Notes under the pieces: generated by a model | Databases searched by the model: none | Told to the model about the DNA's origin: nothing | The model's input: only the letters and a program-made list of their open reading frames with translations | In this document: in pieces, positions 36,820 to 48,792 of the stretch | Layout of the letters: the number at the start of each line of letters is the position of its first letter | How positions within the stretch are numbered: position 1 is the stretch's first letter | Translations under genes and position numbers: made by a program | From: Cetorhinus maximus | Lineage: Eukaryota | Assembly: GCF_964194155.1 (NCBI RefSeq) | Contig: NC_135885.1 | Location: forward strand, 128,464,001 to 128,528,000 | DNA length: 64,000 nt | Reading direction: 5' to 3'

Positions 36820-37444
36820 AATATGTCAGTATATTTATCTGTTTGGTCCTCTCTTCAGTTCTTCACAGCAATCATCCCAGCCTGCCTCGTGCTTGTGGCT
36901 AATCCTTCCAAATGAAAAAAGTCATTACGCAATGGAAAATATCACCCCACAATCAACTCAGTGACAGGTTTCACTATAATAAAAACTGAAAATGCTCAGC
37001 TGATCAGACAGCATCTGTTGAGATAGAAACTTCATTAAGATGTTGCCCCATCCTGTAAATATTTGAGTCTTCTCCAGATGACAGAATTTTATATCGGTTA
37101 TAGAAGCCATGAGTCTCATTAGTTGTTTCAGAAGATTAAAAGATCATTACGATCCGTGTGTCATAATTTGTTTTGTCATTTCCACTATGGTACTACTGCA
37201 TTTTACCACTCATTCCTGTAATTTTGATAATGGGTTGCTAAAATCTCTTGAAATTGCCATTTAATCCCACTTTAAAAAGACAGGATTCATAGCTCCAGTG
37301 CTTTGTCTGTAATAGAATATATATCAGGTAATATATTTTTTTTATAATTTGGCAAAAACTATGTTGTAAATCTTCAACATTGTAATAGTGATCTCATCAG
37401 TGATCAATAGTGATAGGCATCATAGTGATCTACTTGAGAAATTT

Positions 37445-38056
37445 AAAAACAAAAAGCTAAAAGCTACTGCGGATGCTGGAAATCCAAAACAAAAACAGAA
37501 TTACCTGGAAAAACTCAGCAGGTCTGGCAGCATCGGTGGAGAAGAAATCAGTTAACGTTTCGAGCCTTCATGGCCCTTCGGCAGAACTGAAGCATAGTTA
37601 GGAGAGGGGTGAAATATAAGCTGGTTTAAGGTGGGGGGGGTGCGGGGGTAGAGAGAAGTTGAGGGTGTGGGTGGTTGTAGGGATAAGCAAGCAGTGATAG
37701 GAACAGATAATCAAAAGATGTCACAGACAGAAGGATCAAAGAGGTGTTGAAGGTGGTGATATTTGTCTAAGAAAAGTGCTAATTAAGAATGGAAGACAGG
37801 ACACTCAAAGTACAGCTCTAGTGGGGGTGGGGTGGAAAAGACTAACAAGGTTTTAGTTTTAGATTTAAAAATAATGGAAATAGGTGGGGAAAGAAGAATC
37901 TATATAAATTATTGAAAAAAAAGGGGGGGCGGGGGAGAGAAACGGGGTGGGGATGGGGGGAGGGGGAGTTTAAGATCTAAAGTTGTTGAATTCAATATTC
38001 AGCCCGGAAGGCTGTAAAGTGCCTAGTCGGAAGATGAGGTGCTGTTCCTCCAGTTT
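37445..38056 (-). mobile_element. Penelope-like element 3' part (GIY-YIG C-terminus and pLTR)
   Basis: Minus strand 37970-38056 reads KLEEQHLIFRLGTLQPSGLNIEFNNFRS*, the conserved end of PLE GIY-YIG endonucleases. Confidence 0.9.
37548..37590 (-). ncRNA. Minimal hammerhead ribozyme motif (6-bp stem I, one core substitution)
   Basis: TCAGTT-CTGCCGA-A-GGGCC[ATGAA]GGCTC-GAAA-CG-TT-AACTGA. Confidence 0.65.
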
Positions 38057-38791
38057 GTTTGTTCAGTTGTAATCAGATCTATTGTGCTAAATAGATTTTA
38101 TCTGAGTAAGTTAATATTTGTACTTCACAGGCTAGCAGAAATTCTTTTTCAAACTAATTATTTTCATGAATACAATGGCCATTGGTATCTGGTGCAATTA
38201 TTTTTATTTATTTTTCTCCCTTTTCTACTTTATATTCTAACCAAGAGCCGTTCTTTATTCAGAACATTTGTTTCCACTCTCTTGTCTTTTGACACCATTT
38301 AGCCTTTCTCTTCCCTCCAGAAATACTATCCTGTGATTCAGCTTAATGCATTTTGCATGTTCTTTTGGCGTAAAAAAAAACCAGATGGCTATCCTTTTGC
38401 CCGTTGATCAGAAGAAGATAAAAGTCAAGCCCTATTTAAGTACTGTTAAGAATGACACCATCTACTGGGGAAGCATTTATTCAAAGTATTTATAAAGCAA
38501 AAAGAAAATTGAAACGGAATGGTTGATATTTTTATCGTCATGCATAGGCTTTTTAACTAATTATATAGCCTTGAGAGGAGAAGCTTATGACTTCGATATC
38601 TATCAAAAGAGTTAATCACTATATATTATTGCTGTATCATTTATGTCTTAGAGATATTCTAATGCACCAGATTTTGTTGACAAGGCCACTCTTTGTTCAC
38701 AATTGAGGGATTACTATGCTAATTCCGATAGGGTTTTGACTGCAAACCATTCTGCATCTAGTGACTGAGGCTTGTTTGCAACAAGCACATA

Positions 38792-39489
38792 GGGCTGCAT
38801 TTTATAGAGGGACAGACTGATCCCACTCAGTGGGAGGAAGTCCTGCCCTCAAGAGCTGCCAGCGAATCTGATTGGCGGGCAGCTCTCGCAGCCCTGGCAG
38901 TGCCAGAGCCCAGTAGTGGACGCTGCAGGGTCGGCAGGAAGGAGCATGAAAAGATCATGGCTGCCTCAGAAAAGTAAGTCCCTGGCTTTTAGGGCAGGGA
39001 CAGATCTGAGGGCCCATGAATTGGGGAGAGAAATGTAGGATGCCGCATTTTGGAGGGCAGGCGGCGAGGAAGGAAGGTGGGGTGTGACATCTTTGGGTGA
39101 TGCACACCCGATGCACACGGGGCACCCCCTGGATGAGGTGCCCCCTTCCAATTCCCACCTTGTTTCATGTTGGCCACAAAAAACAGCCTGCCCACTCCCA
39201 CCTGTGGGCCAACGCCAGCCATATTATGGCATGGGCAGCGTATTATACTGGTTAATAGGCTTGCTAACAAGGCTAATTGACCTTTAATTATTTATTTAAA
39301 TATGGTGAGTGGGCTGCCGATTTCAACACCCGCCCACCTAGCGTATCATGGGGTTTAGCTAAAGGCTGAGATGGAAGGTGGTGGTCTTGCCACCCAACAT
39401 ATTTCACATGCTCCACCCCCCCCAACCCCACCCTTCCCCCACCCCACCGCCGAAAACACACCCGTGGCGGGTGTCGTTAAATCCAGCTC
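38792..39489. mobile_element. Harbinger-type MITE
   Basis: Left GGGCTGCATTTTA; right reverse-complements to GAGCTGGATTTAA; flanks ATA / ATC. Confidence 0.75.
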
Positions 39490-39904
39490 ATCAAAACTGA
39501 ATCCTTACTGGGGCCGGACCAGGTGCCATCTCTGTGAGTCTTAATATTTCTGACCTGTAATATTTGCACATTGGGCATAATTTAAATCAGATGCTTAATC
39601 ATATTTAACCACAATAAGGTGAGCCATTGTGACTCAATGCCTTTCCTGTCTGCTGACTGCAGATAGAAAAATAAAATACAAGTCAATGTTACCCTGTTAG
39701 TGCAGGTTTTAAGTTAGCAATTCAGTGGTTCAGTGGTTCTCAGCATCTTTCGATCTTTTCATCACAGCTAAATATATTACTTAGCAATCAAGAATACAGT
39801 TAAATGAATAAATGATGTGTTATCAATTGTATTGAAAATGTAATTTTGCTTAAGCTTGCACACTATTTAGACAGCCCGTGCAAAACTTATGTGCAATCCA
39901 GTAA

Positions 39905-40370
39905 AGAACAGAAGAACATAAGAAATAGGAGCAGGAGTAGGCCATTCGGCCCCTCAGGTGTGCACCGCCATTCAATAAGATCATGGCTGATCTGCCCCAG
40001 GCCTCAACTCCCCTTTCGTGCCAGCTCCTTATAGCCCTCAACTCCCTGATATTTCAAAAATCTATCTACCTCCTCTTTAAATACTTTCAGTGATCTAGCC
40101 TCCACAACTCTCCGGGGTAGAGAATTCCAGACATTCACTACCCCCTGAGAGAAGAAATTCCTTCGCATCTCAGTTTTAAATGAGTGTCCCCTTAATCTGT
40201 AACTATGTCCCCTAGTTTGAGATCCCTCTACATATTCTCAACTTCTACCCTGCCAAGCCCCCTCAGAATATTGTACATTTCAATAAGATCACCCCTCATT
40301 CTTCTAAACTCTAGTGAATAAAAACCTAACCTGGTTAGCCATTCTTGATAAGTCAACCCCTTCAACCCTG
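39905..40370 (-). mobile_element. CR1 LINE 3' fragment
   Basis: GLKGLTYQEWLTRLGFYSLEFRRMRGDLIEMYNILRGLGRV plus tail. Confidence 0.92.
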
Positions 40371-40521
40371 TAAAAGTTAGTTTTTTTACCCTGACACAAA
40401 TGATCCATATTTTTTTAGATTTCAGCAGAGAAAACATAAATTTACTTCTGGATTTGTTATTGCAAAACAAACAGGTCCTTCAGCTCTTCAGATCTGTGAC
40501 AGCAGTCACACCCTCCCTGAC

Positions 40522-40977
40522 ATGTGGGGCTACATCATCCAGCACGCTCCCTTCAGAATCAGAAGCTTGTGGGTTCAAGTCCCGCTCCAGGGACATAAAA
40601 CCACAACTTACATTGACTTCCTATGCAGTACTGAGGGACTGCTGCACTGTCAGACGTGCTGTCTTTGCTATCAGATATTAAACCAAGGCCCCTTTCGCCT
40701 TCCTGGGTGGATGTAAAGGATCCATTGGCAACATCTCATAGAACAGCAGGGAATATCTTCCCAAGGTTTTGATCAATATTTATTATTCAACCAACATCAC
40801 TAACGTAGATTATTTGATCAATATCTCATAGTTGTGGGAGCTTGCTGTGTGCAAATTGACTGCCACGTTTCCTACATTTCAATAGCGCCTACAGGTTAGA
40901 AGTAGTTCATTATCTATAAAACGCTTTGAGATATTTTGTCCTGAAAGGCTCTATACAAATGCAAATTCTTTTTTTTT
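40522..40977 (+). mobile_element. Deu-domain SINE, near full length
   Basis: B box GGGTTCAAGTCC, Deu core GGGAGCTTGCTGTGTGCAAATTGACTGCC and tail ATACAAATGCAAATTCTTTT. Confidence 0.88.
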
Positions 40978-41270
40978 GCATATTTCTCCCTTGCGGCTTT
41001 CATAAAAATAAAAATGTTAGATGCTGTGTTTGTTACAACTGATGTGTGCACTCTGTTGTTTACAGTCTGCAATACAATGCCTATAATACACACTTATAAT
41101 TTACCCTTAATCACACTCAGCTGGAAAGTTTCGTCATCTTCACATGTTCCTTGCCTGAAACCCTTTCACTGATAAAGGGTAGATTCAATATAAGACCCAC
41201 TCTGTGTCATTCATGCAATCCTATTTAGGGAAACACAATAGCCTTGCTCTAATTGGCTTTAGGAAACAGT

Positions 41271-41620
41271 GGGTGGAACCTTATGGAGGTGATGTGGGTC
41301 TTGCCTGCCAGATAGAGAGCTGGAGAGACCTCCATGTCACCTCTTTTCTTGAAGGACTGCCACATCTTGTGCCATTCAGGCATCCAGACCAGTGGCAGTT
41401 CTAGACAAGATAGCAGATCAAGGACACAGGGAAGACAGTGGGGAAAGGGAGGGAGTGTGTGCTGGGGGTGAAGGAGCCCTGTCCACAGAGAGTTGCCACC
41501 CAATCAGAGGTCAGCAGTTCTTCTTTACTCACCAAGGATGCAGTAGTTGCTGCCAGTACAACACTTACCTGAGACCTCGCTCCATGATGAACTCAGACAC
41601 AAGTGAGTGATGGTGAGAAG
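41271..41620. mobile_element. Truncated MITE related to 38792-39489
   Basis: Starts GGGTGGAACCTTATGGAGG versus GGGCTGCATTTTATAGAGG, and shares a GAGTTGCC..CCAATCAGA segment. No right TIR. Confidence 0.45.
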
Positions 41621-41650
41621 GGGGTCGCAGGGTGGAGGTCAGTGTTCCAA

Positions 41651-44600
41651 GATCAAATAGATCTCAATAAAGCTTTGAAGAGATCTCACTACCCCATATC
41701 AATCATTGAAGAAATTCTGCCACAACTTGCCAAGGCAAAGGTCTACTCTAAATGCGAAGGATGGATATTGAAGCTGGGTGAAGTTGGGCGAAAACAGCAG
41801 TTTTCTGGAGGCCATTTGGGAGCTACAGATGTGTGCCATGCTGTTTGGTATTTTGTACTGCTCCAGAACAGTATCAAGGCAGACAGTATTAGATAGTCAA
41901 TGATCTTCCAGGAGTGGAAGCGATCGTGGATGACCTGCTAGTCTATGGATACGGAGATGCAATGGAAAAAGCCATTGCAGCCCATGATCAGAATCTAGTT
42001 AAACAGCTAGAGAAAGCCCGCCAGATGAAGCAAAAGTTGAATAAGAAATAACTGCGACTAAAGATGACTGTCATCAAGTGCATACATCATGTACTGACAG
42101 CAACCTGATATTGATAAGGTGCAAGCTGCAGCAGAGATGCAGCAACCAACAGATGTGAAGGCACTGCAATGATTTGTGGATTTGTGACCTAGCTGGAAAA
42201 AATTCTTGCTCAATTTGTCATCAGAGTCTGAACCTCAAAGATGCAAAGGATGTTCAGTGGTATTGGGGTACAAGAAGTAGTTTTCACTCGCATCAAATAA
42301 CTGATGACAATGCCAACACTGTGGTACTATTTTGACAATGACAAAGTCTCCCTGCAGTGTGATGACAACGAAACTTGGATCAAACCTCATAGAACAAAGA
42401 CAACCAGTTGTGTTTGCATTCAGTGTTAACACAAACTGAACAACGCTATGCACAGATTGAGATGGAGTGCCTGGCTATTGCCTTTGCTTGTAACCATTTT
42501 AATCATTACCTATTTGGGATAAATAAAATGATGGCAGAGTCTGCTCACAAGTCACTTCAAAGCATCTTTCTCAAACCACTTCTATCTGCTACAAAGCATC
42601 TGTAAAGGATGTTACTTTGTTTGCAGATATGTCATTTGGAAGTGAAGTACAAGCAAAGGAAGTAGATGTACATCATCAATATGCTGTCCAGATCTGCACT
42701 CCATTTGAAGGAAGTTGATAATATTAGTGAAGGGTATGAAATCTTCCAGATTCAATGAGGAACAATGGCACAACATGCTCTGGAAGTCATCAACCCAACA
42801 CAGATATTGAATCTAACAGTTAAGTGTCTTGAGATTAAGCAAACTACTGAACTAGATGCAACTCTCCAAGTGCTACAAAGAGTAGTGATGAAAGGATGGC
42901 CAGAAACCATCAAGGACACACCTATTGCTGTAAGAGAGTGTTGGGCATACAGAGATGGAGTGACTTCCCAATATGGCATCTTGTACAAAGGAACTAGAGC
43001 AATTATCCCTAAGGAGATGACAAAATATATGCCGGAAAGCAACCATACAGGCCATGAAATAATTGAGTCTAGTCTGAGGAAGGCAAGAGAAATGCTCCAT
43101 TGGCCAAACATGAGCAATGAGATTAAGGACCATCAGCCAGTGCAGAACATCAAGCTAAGCAAACTAAAGAACCGCTCATGACACATGACATCCCAGAAAG
43201 GCCATTGATGAAGCTTGGATTAAACCTCTTCACTCTCTTTGGAATTGACTACCTTATCACTGTTGACCATTATTCAGACTACTGGGAGGTAGATAAACTG
43301 AGATTAATCACTATCAGTGAGACCATAGAATGCCTGAAAGCACACTTCAGTCATCATGGCATTGATGACATTGTGATGAGCAACAATGGTCCTTAGATTG
43401 CAAGTGAAGAATTCAGGCACTTCATGAGTGATTGGGAAATTTAACACTACATATCATCTCCACACTGTCCCCAGTCAAATGGAAAGGCTGAGGCAGCGGT
43501 GAAACTTGCCAAATGGACCATTAAAAAGTCAACTAGATCCAGCACAGATGTGAACAAGGTGATCATAGAATGGAGACAACCCATACTGAAGGGATGGAAA
43601 GTAGTCCAATCCAGCAACTAATGTCATGCCCCACCCAAACTATTCTTTTAATGGCAAAAAATCTACTGAAGCCAGAACTAGTAATAAGAGTGAGTGACAA
43701 AACCAAAGTGAAACGACAGAAAGGCAATTTTCACTTTGATAAAGCAGCCAAATCATAGCCAGAGATGGGAGTTGGGCAAGAGTTGGGTCAGAGTGCAAAC
43801 ATTCAAAGCCAAGTCAGCCACTTGGCAACTTGGAACCTGTGTAAAGCAGTTGTCATCTTAATTGTGCATGGTGAAAGTGAGCAACCAGATATATCATTGC
43901 AAACGTAGACACATACACGCAACCAAAGAAGCTGCTCCTTCACAGCAGACAGCTGATGAGGAAGAATTGATTCCGCCAACTGAACAAGGAATGGAATGAC
44001 CATCAATGCCAGAGGTCAGCTACTCCCCAACAAATGCAATGGATCAGCAGCAACACCCACCACGACAATGAAATTGCCCCAGAGAGGCAACCTCACACTA
44101 GGAACCAGGCGAATAACCAACAACAACGCACATGCATACCATTACAAGACATGAACGCTTTAAAGATTATGGGCTGAATTTTACACTGATTGGGCGGGCA
44201 CACGCCCAATCCGATTGGGCATGAAATTCGCGAGATGACGTCAGTCGAGCGTCCCGAAGTCAGCCCATGCTCGCGCTCACGTTGACGCATTTCCCACCCT
44301 CCTTCCTCCCTCACCCTGGCAGCGCTGAGCTTTTCAGTGCACGGCTTCATGCTAGCTGGCCATTCATTGGCCAGCCAGCGTGAAATCGCAATCAAAGGCC
44401 GATCACGGTCAGCAGCCCGTTTCCCAGCCGCTCAGGGCCCGCCCATTGCGCCCACCTGCCAAGCTGAAAATTCAGGCCTATGTGCACAATGTGTATGCTG
44501 AAGTAGTGAAAGTGAGACAGACTAGAATGAACAGTTTTCCATTCATGAGTGATGACTTTCTTTATAGACTGTGTATGTGGGTAACTTGCAACTTCAAATG

Positions 44601-44850
44601 CTGAAGCGTACAATGTGTTTATTTTTCTTTTTATGAAAAGGAAGATGTTTGGAGAAATACCTTTGTGCAGCCTTGTGTACTATGACTTGACTAATGAGGT
44701 CATCTTGGATAAAACAAAGGTTTTGGGAAGAAGCTATTTTAGCCAACGCATGGAACAATAGATAGCAGCATGTGGACAAGGGTGAGCCTGGGAGAGGTTT
44801 GTTGCAATTCGGAAGAGACATAAGAGATGGTAGTAAACTTTGCGTCAAAG
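41651..44850 (+). mobile_element. Gypsy pol remnant (RT-RNase H-integrase) with PPT and probable 3' LTR start
   Basis: LNKALKRSHYP, EQRYAQIEMECLAIAFAC, VMKGWP, LITVDHYSDYWEV, PQSNGKAE. PPT-like GAAAAGGAAGA precedes TG at 44646; the LTR end is uncertain. Confidence 0.88.
44171..44478. mobile_element. 308-bp Harbinger-type MITE inside the Gypsy
   Basis: TIRs GGGCTGAATTTT / AAAATTCAGGCC; TSD TAT on both sides; CpG-rich, so probably young. Confidence 0.92.
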
Positions 44851-44869
44851 AAATCAATGAACTCCTCAT

Positions 44870-45610
44870 CCTTGTTATTGGGAGTAATCTGAAGGGATGG
44901 GTGGAGAAGTTTAAGGTAGTTGTTGGTAATTGAAAAAGAAGCTAGGGATTACCCTTTCTCTCTTGACTATCTTGGAGTAATGAGCAGTTTTGATAAAAGA
45001 AGTCTGATAGCACTTGAAATGGTACAGCCGGTTCTGGTGATGGACCAGTTGTGACTCAGATATGCACAAGCCTGGGCCCTTGCATTTGAGTGAAAATAAG
45101 GCCCATATCAGGAGAGTAAAGGTTTCACTAGGGTATTAAATATGGATGTGAGGGAGTAGCTGAGCAAATTGATGGCTTCTGAAGCATTGTGGCAAATGGA
45201 AGGCTAAAGGCTATGAAGGTGAAAGCCCGAACTTGCAATAGTAAATGACTTGGGGAGAACCTTTTCAAGATGGATGTCGAAGTAAGTGGTTTAGGTATGA
45301 GCTGTAGAGGACACAAGGAAGTGGTAGTGGATAGCCTCCTAACTGATCCAAAGCACAGGAGCAGAGAGGCCATAGGATATTTCAAAGCCAGATTGTGGGC
45401 ATAAATATGAGCAGAATAACTTATATGGAGGGAGAAGTATGGTGGACATGAGAGCAATGAGTTCTTAGGCAAGTGGGTAGATTTAAATCACCAAAGATGG
45501 ACAGTCAATAAGTGCAAGGCTGAGGGAGGAAAGGAGGGTGGATGTCTTGGTGCAAAATTAAGGGTGGGGGCTTGTAGCGTTTGGTGCTGTTGTGGGCATT
45601 TTGGAAGGTA
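44870..45610 (-). mobile_element. L2-type LINE ORF2 fragment, degraded
   Basis: Minus-strand remnants KTAHYSKIV..KGNP.LLF typical of the L2 endonuclease-RT linker. Confidence 0.6.
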
Positions 45611-45866
45611 AGGGCAGCCTTCCTTTGCTAACTCTCATGGAATCCCTTATGTTGTTTCATTAAATGAAGTGAAAAGGAAGTGCTGAAAGTAATTTCCATA
45701 GTTTACAATTTGTGGCAGTGAAAAAGATTTGTGGCATGTTGGTATATGAGAAGCTTATATAAGAAACCTTTACTGCTTATTTAAAAAGAGTGAGATTAAC
45801 ATCATCTAAATGCATTGCAGTGACACAGGATTTTTTTTCCCATTGGGTAGTGTGTAGCAGTAGCAG

Positions 45867-46355
45867 TAGATCATGAACTCTCTCCTCCATCCCCACCCCC
45901 TTTCCGATCCCCCATTTTTGTCCCAATAATTTATATAAATTTTTATTTTCCCACCTATTTCCATTATTTTTAAATGTATTTCCATCCATTGTTTTATCTC
46001 TACCTTTTAGCCTATTTCAATCCCTTCCCTTCACCTCACCCCACCCCCACTAGGGCTATCTGTACCTTGCTTGTCCTGCTTTCTACTCTTAATTAGCACA
46101 TTCCTTAGATAATATCACCACCTTCAACACCTCTTTGTCCTTTTGTCTTTGACATCATTTGGCTATCTCCACCTATCACTGGCCCTCTATCCAGTTCTAC
46201 CTGTCCCACCCCCCCTTAAACCAGCTTATATTTCACCTCTTTTCTATTTTTACTTCGTTCTGTTGAAGAGTCATATGGACTCGAAACGTTAACTGTGTTC
46301 CTCTCCGCAGATGCTGCCAGACCTGCTGAGTTTTTCTAGGTATTCTTATTTTTAT
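45867..46355 (+). mobile_element. Penelope-like 3' region
   Basis: Starts at the ORF stop (AGATCATGA) and is collinear with the 37445-37975 copy. Hammerhead motif at 46256-46294 (CTGTTGA-A-GAGTC[ATATG]GACTC-GAAACGTTAAC). Confidence 0.88.
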
Positions 46356-46580
46356 TTAAGTCACTCTTCTCATCAGTCTCAACTCACATACTGACAAGCC
46401 CAGCACACATCCACAGGGCCCTCACTCACTGCTAGTTCAAGGGACATCAACATTCACTCTTTCACGCACACCTTCATTGTCCTCATCCCATTAGCGCTTA
46501 CCACCCACACATATCAGGCTTACTTATCATCTGGCCTGGCAGGCGTCCAGCTCACACTCTCACCATCTGTATTCATGCAG

Positions 46581-47793
46581 GGCCACTGGCTCACAACAAA
46601 AGGGAAAGGTCGGAGACTGGTGGAGGAATGCCTGAAATCAAGGTCCTCACTAGCTTTGAAAATCGAGTCATCCAGCTGGCCGGCGAAGATCTGGACCGTT
46701 CTTGTGCTGATGGTGAGGTCAGTATCCAGCAGTGCAACATCTAAAAGACAACCATGCTGTGACAGGTGTGTCCTGTTTCACAAGCTCCTGCCATGCACTA
46801 ATTACCTCTCTGTACATTCGCAGGCACATCTGGGAAACAGCCAATGGATTCTACTACCCAGGGCCTCCAAATCAAGCCCTGAAGAAACCTCTGAAGAGGA
46901 ATCTGAAGGTACCTTCATTGAAGACCCATCACAGCGCACACCCACGCCCACCACCAGCGCAGAGACACACACCTCGGTGGGACCTAGTTTTGAGTAGCCT
47001 CGGGATCACAATCTGGTGAGCACATCGCACAGTCTGATCCACAGCAGGCGGAGGCAGGAACTCCCCAGGTTTCAGGCACTCGGAGGACTGCTGGAGGCCA
47101 GACATCTGCTGAGTCCAAGTCAGATGATGAGCCTTTGGACTCGGTCACGCCTCAGTTGCTGGAGCTGAAAAGGCAAGCTCAGGAACATCAGGAAGGGATG
47201 TCCGCTGCACTCCTCAGATTGCATGGCACAGTGGAGGAGTCTGTCTGCCTTCAGGCCAAAGTGATAGCGCTGGCATGACAAAACACCGAGGCCAACACTG
47301 GTAAGATGGCAGCCGCAATAGAGGCCTTGATCCAGGACATCAGTCCTGCACTGCTGCCTGGGCTGATCGCCATTGCTGATGTCATAGTTGGCCTCCAACA
47401 TTGTATACGCGAGAGGGGTGCAGGGCAGCTCAATCTCATTCCAGTTACCCCATCTCCTCAAGGAGTCAGGCAGGGGCCTTTGGGCACCCTTAGGGAGGAG
47501 AATCAGGAGGTCTACACCCCAGGGCCATTCACCCTGGTGACTCCAGGAGTGTCCAGCCCATCCGAATCCCCTCCTTCTGTGACCCCAGCAGCACCAGCTC
47601 CACAGGCCGTGGAGGGTGCGACTGGCACACAGAAAGACCCCAAAAGCTGGCCGGGGCCCTCCAGTTCTCAACCCTCCAGAGGATGCCTGCCAAGGCAGTG
47701 CATAGCAGTCAGCAGGCTGCATCCACCTCCGCTGTGGATGCCCAGGGAGCACCAAGACCCAGCGGCATGGATAGGAAAACTAAGAAGATGTAA
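46581..47793 (+). pseudogene. Harbinger Myb gene exons 2-3
   Basis: Acceptors TTCATGCAG (46580) and TTCGCAG (46823); homologous to the copy 2 exons; ends RKTKKM*. Confidence 0.8.
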
Positions 47794-48063
47794 CTCTTTC
47801 GAGTACATTCACAGTTCTTGACTTTTTTTTTTCCGGGAGTGGGACATGAACCCACAACCTTCTGACTCAAAGGTGAGGGTGCTATGAACTGAGCCACAGC
47901 TGACACCACTAAGAAGATGTAACTCTTTCGAGTTATCAACAGTCACAGATTGTAACTCTTTCGAGTACATTCACAGTTCTTGGTTTCCGGGAGTGGGACA
48001 TGAACCCACAACCTTCTGATTCAAAGGTGAGGGTGCTATGAACTGAGCCACAGCTGACACCTC
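47793..48063 (-). mobile_element. Two tandem short retroposed units (tRNA-like head plus short tail)
   Basis: Each reads GTGTCAGCTGTGGCTCAG...GGGTTCATGTCCCACTCCCGGA on the minus strand. They are bounded by ACTAAGAAGATGTA at 47779, 47908 and 48064. Confidence 0.85.
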
Positions 48064-48792
48064 ACTAAGAAGATGTAGTTGCACAGCCTAGGCACGGCTG
48101 TAAATCATTCGTACATAATGTTCATTATTATAATAAAGTCCCGAGAATGTCTCCCTGCCTATGGCACCTTTTTCTGATGAGCAGTGATCATGTCACTCGG
48201 ATGTTAAATCTTGATTCCTGCACAAGATAAAGGCAGGTGTCTCAGTCCTAGGCCTCTTCCCTGTGCTTTCTGCAACCTTCAGACCAAAGGGATGGTCCTG
48301 CCTCACACTCACTGGACACATTACTGATGCCTGCACCTCAACGTGCTTGTCATTGCTGCCAGAATGTCGTGGGCAGACACCACAGAGTTCCATCATTCTC
48401 TCTGTGTGCTCTCAGCACCTTTAAGGTGGGGCTGGCCCCCATCTCATCAGCATCGGTGATGCTGTGCTCTTGAAGGGGTCAGGTGCTGAAGACTGACAAA
48501 GGATCAGGCACATTTAAAGTTTCATGGCTGCATCTCTATGATATGACCTGATCACAGAGCGTGAGTGTGCTGCCCTTAGCCAGACAGGAGTCAGGAATTC
48601 ACAGAGGCAATGTGAAGATCTATGGAGCGTCCTCACTGCATGTCATCATCATCCTCCAGGAATTGTGCGACTATTAGGGCCTCTGCTGCGTCTTCATGAC
48701 CGGAGCATTATCCCAGGGGGTATGTGGGCAGCCATCAGTCAAACTGGAATCAAACGTTCACAGATGCAATGTGAGGATCTTATGGTGTCTCC

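Noticed and set aside
47120-47755. 211-aa minus-strand ORF and many other overlapping ORFs in the track
   Set aside because: Antisense or alternate-frame shadows of GC-rich transposon exons, with no recognisable domain.
47779-48077. Repeat-spacer-repeat pattern resembling a CRISPR array
   Set aside because: Vertebrate context, no cas genes, spacers are near-identical SINE heads, and the repeat is a duplicated target site.
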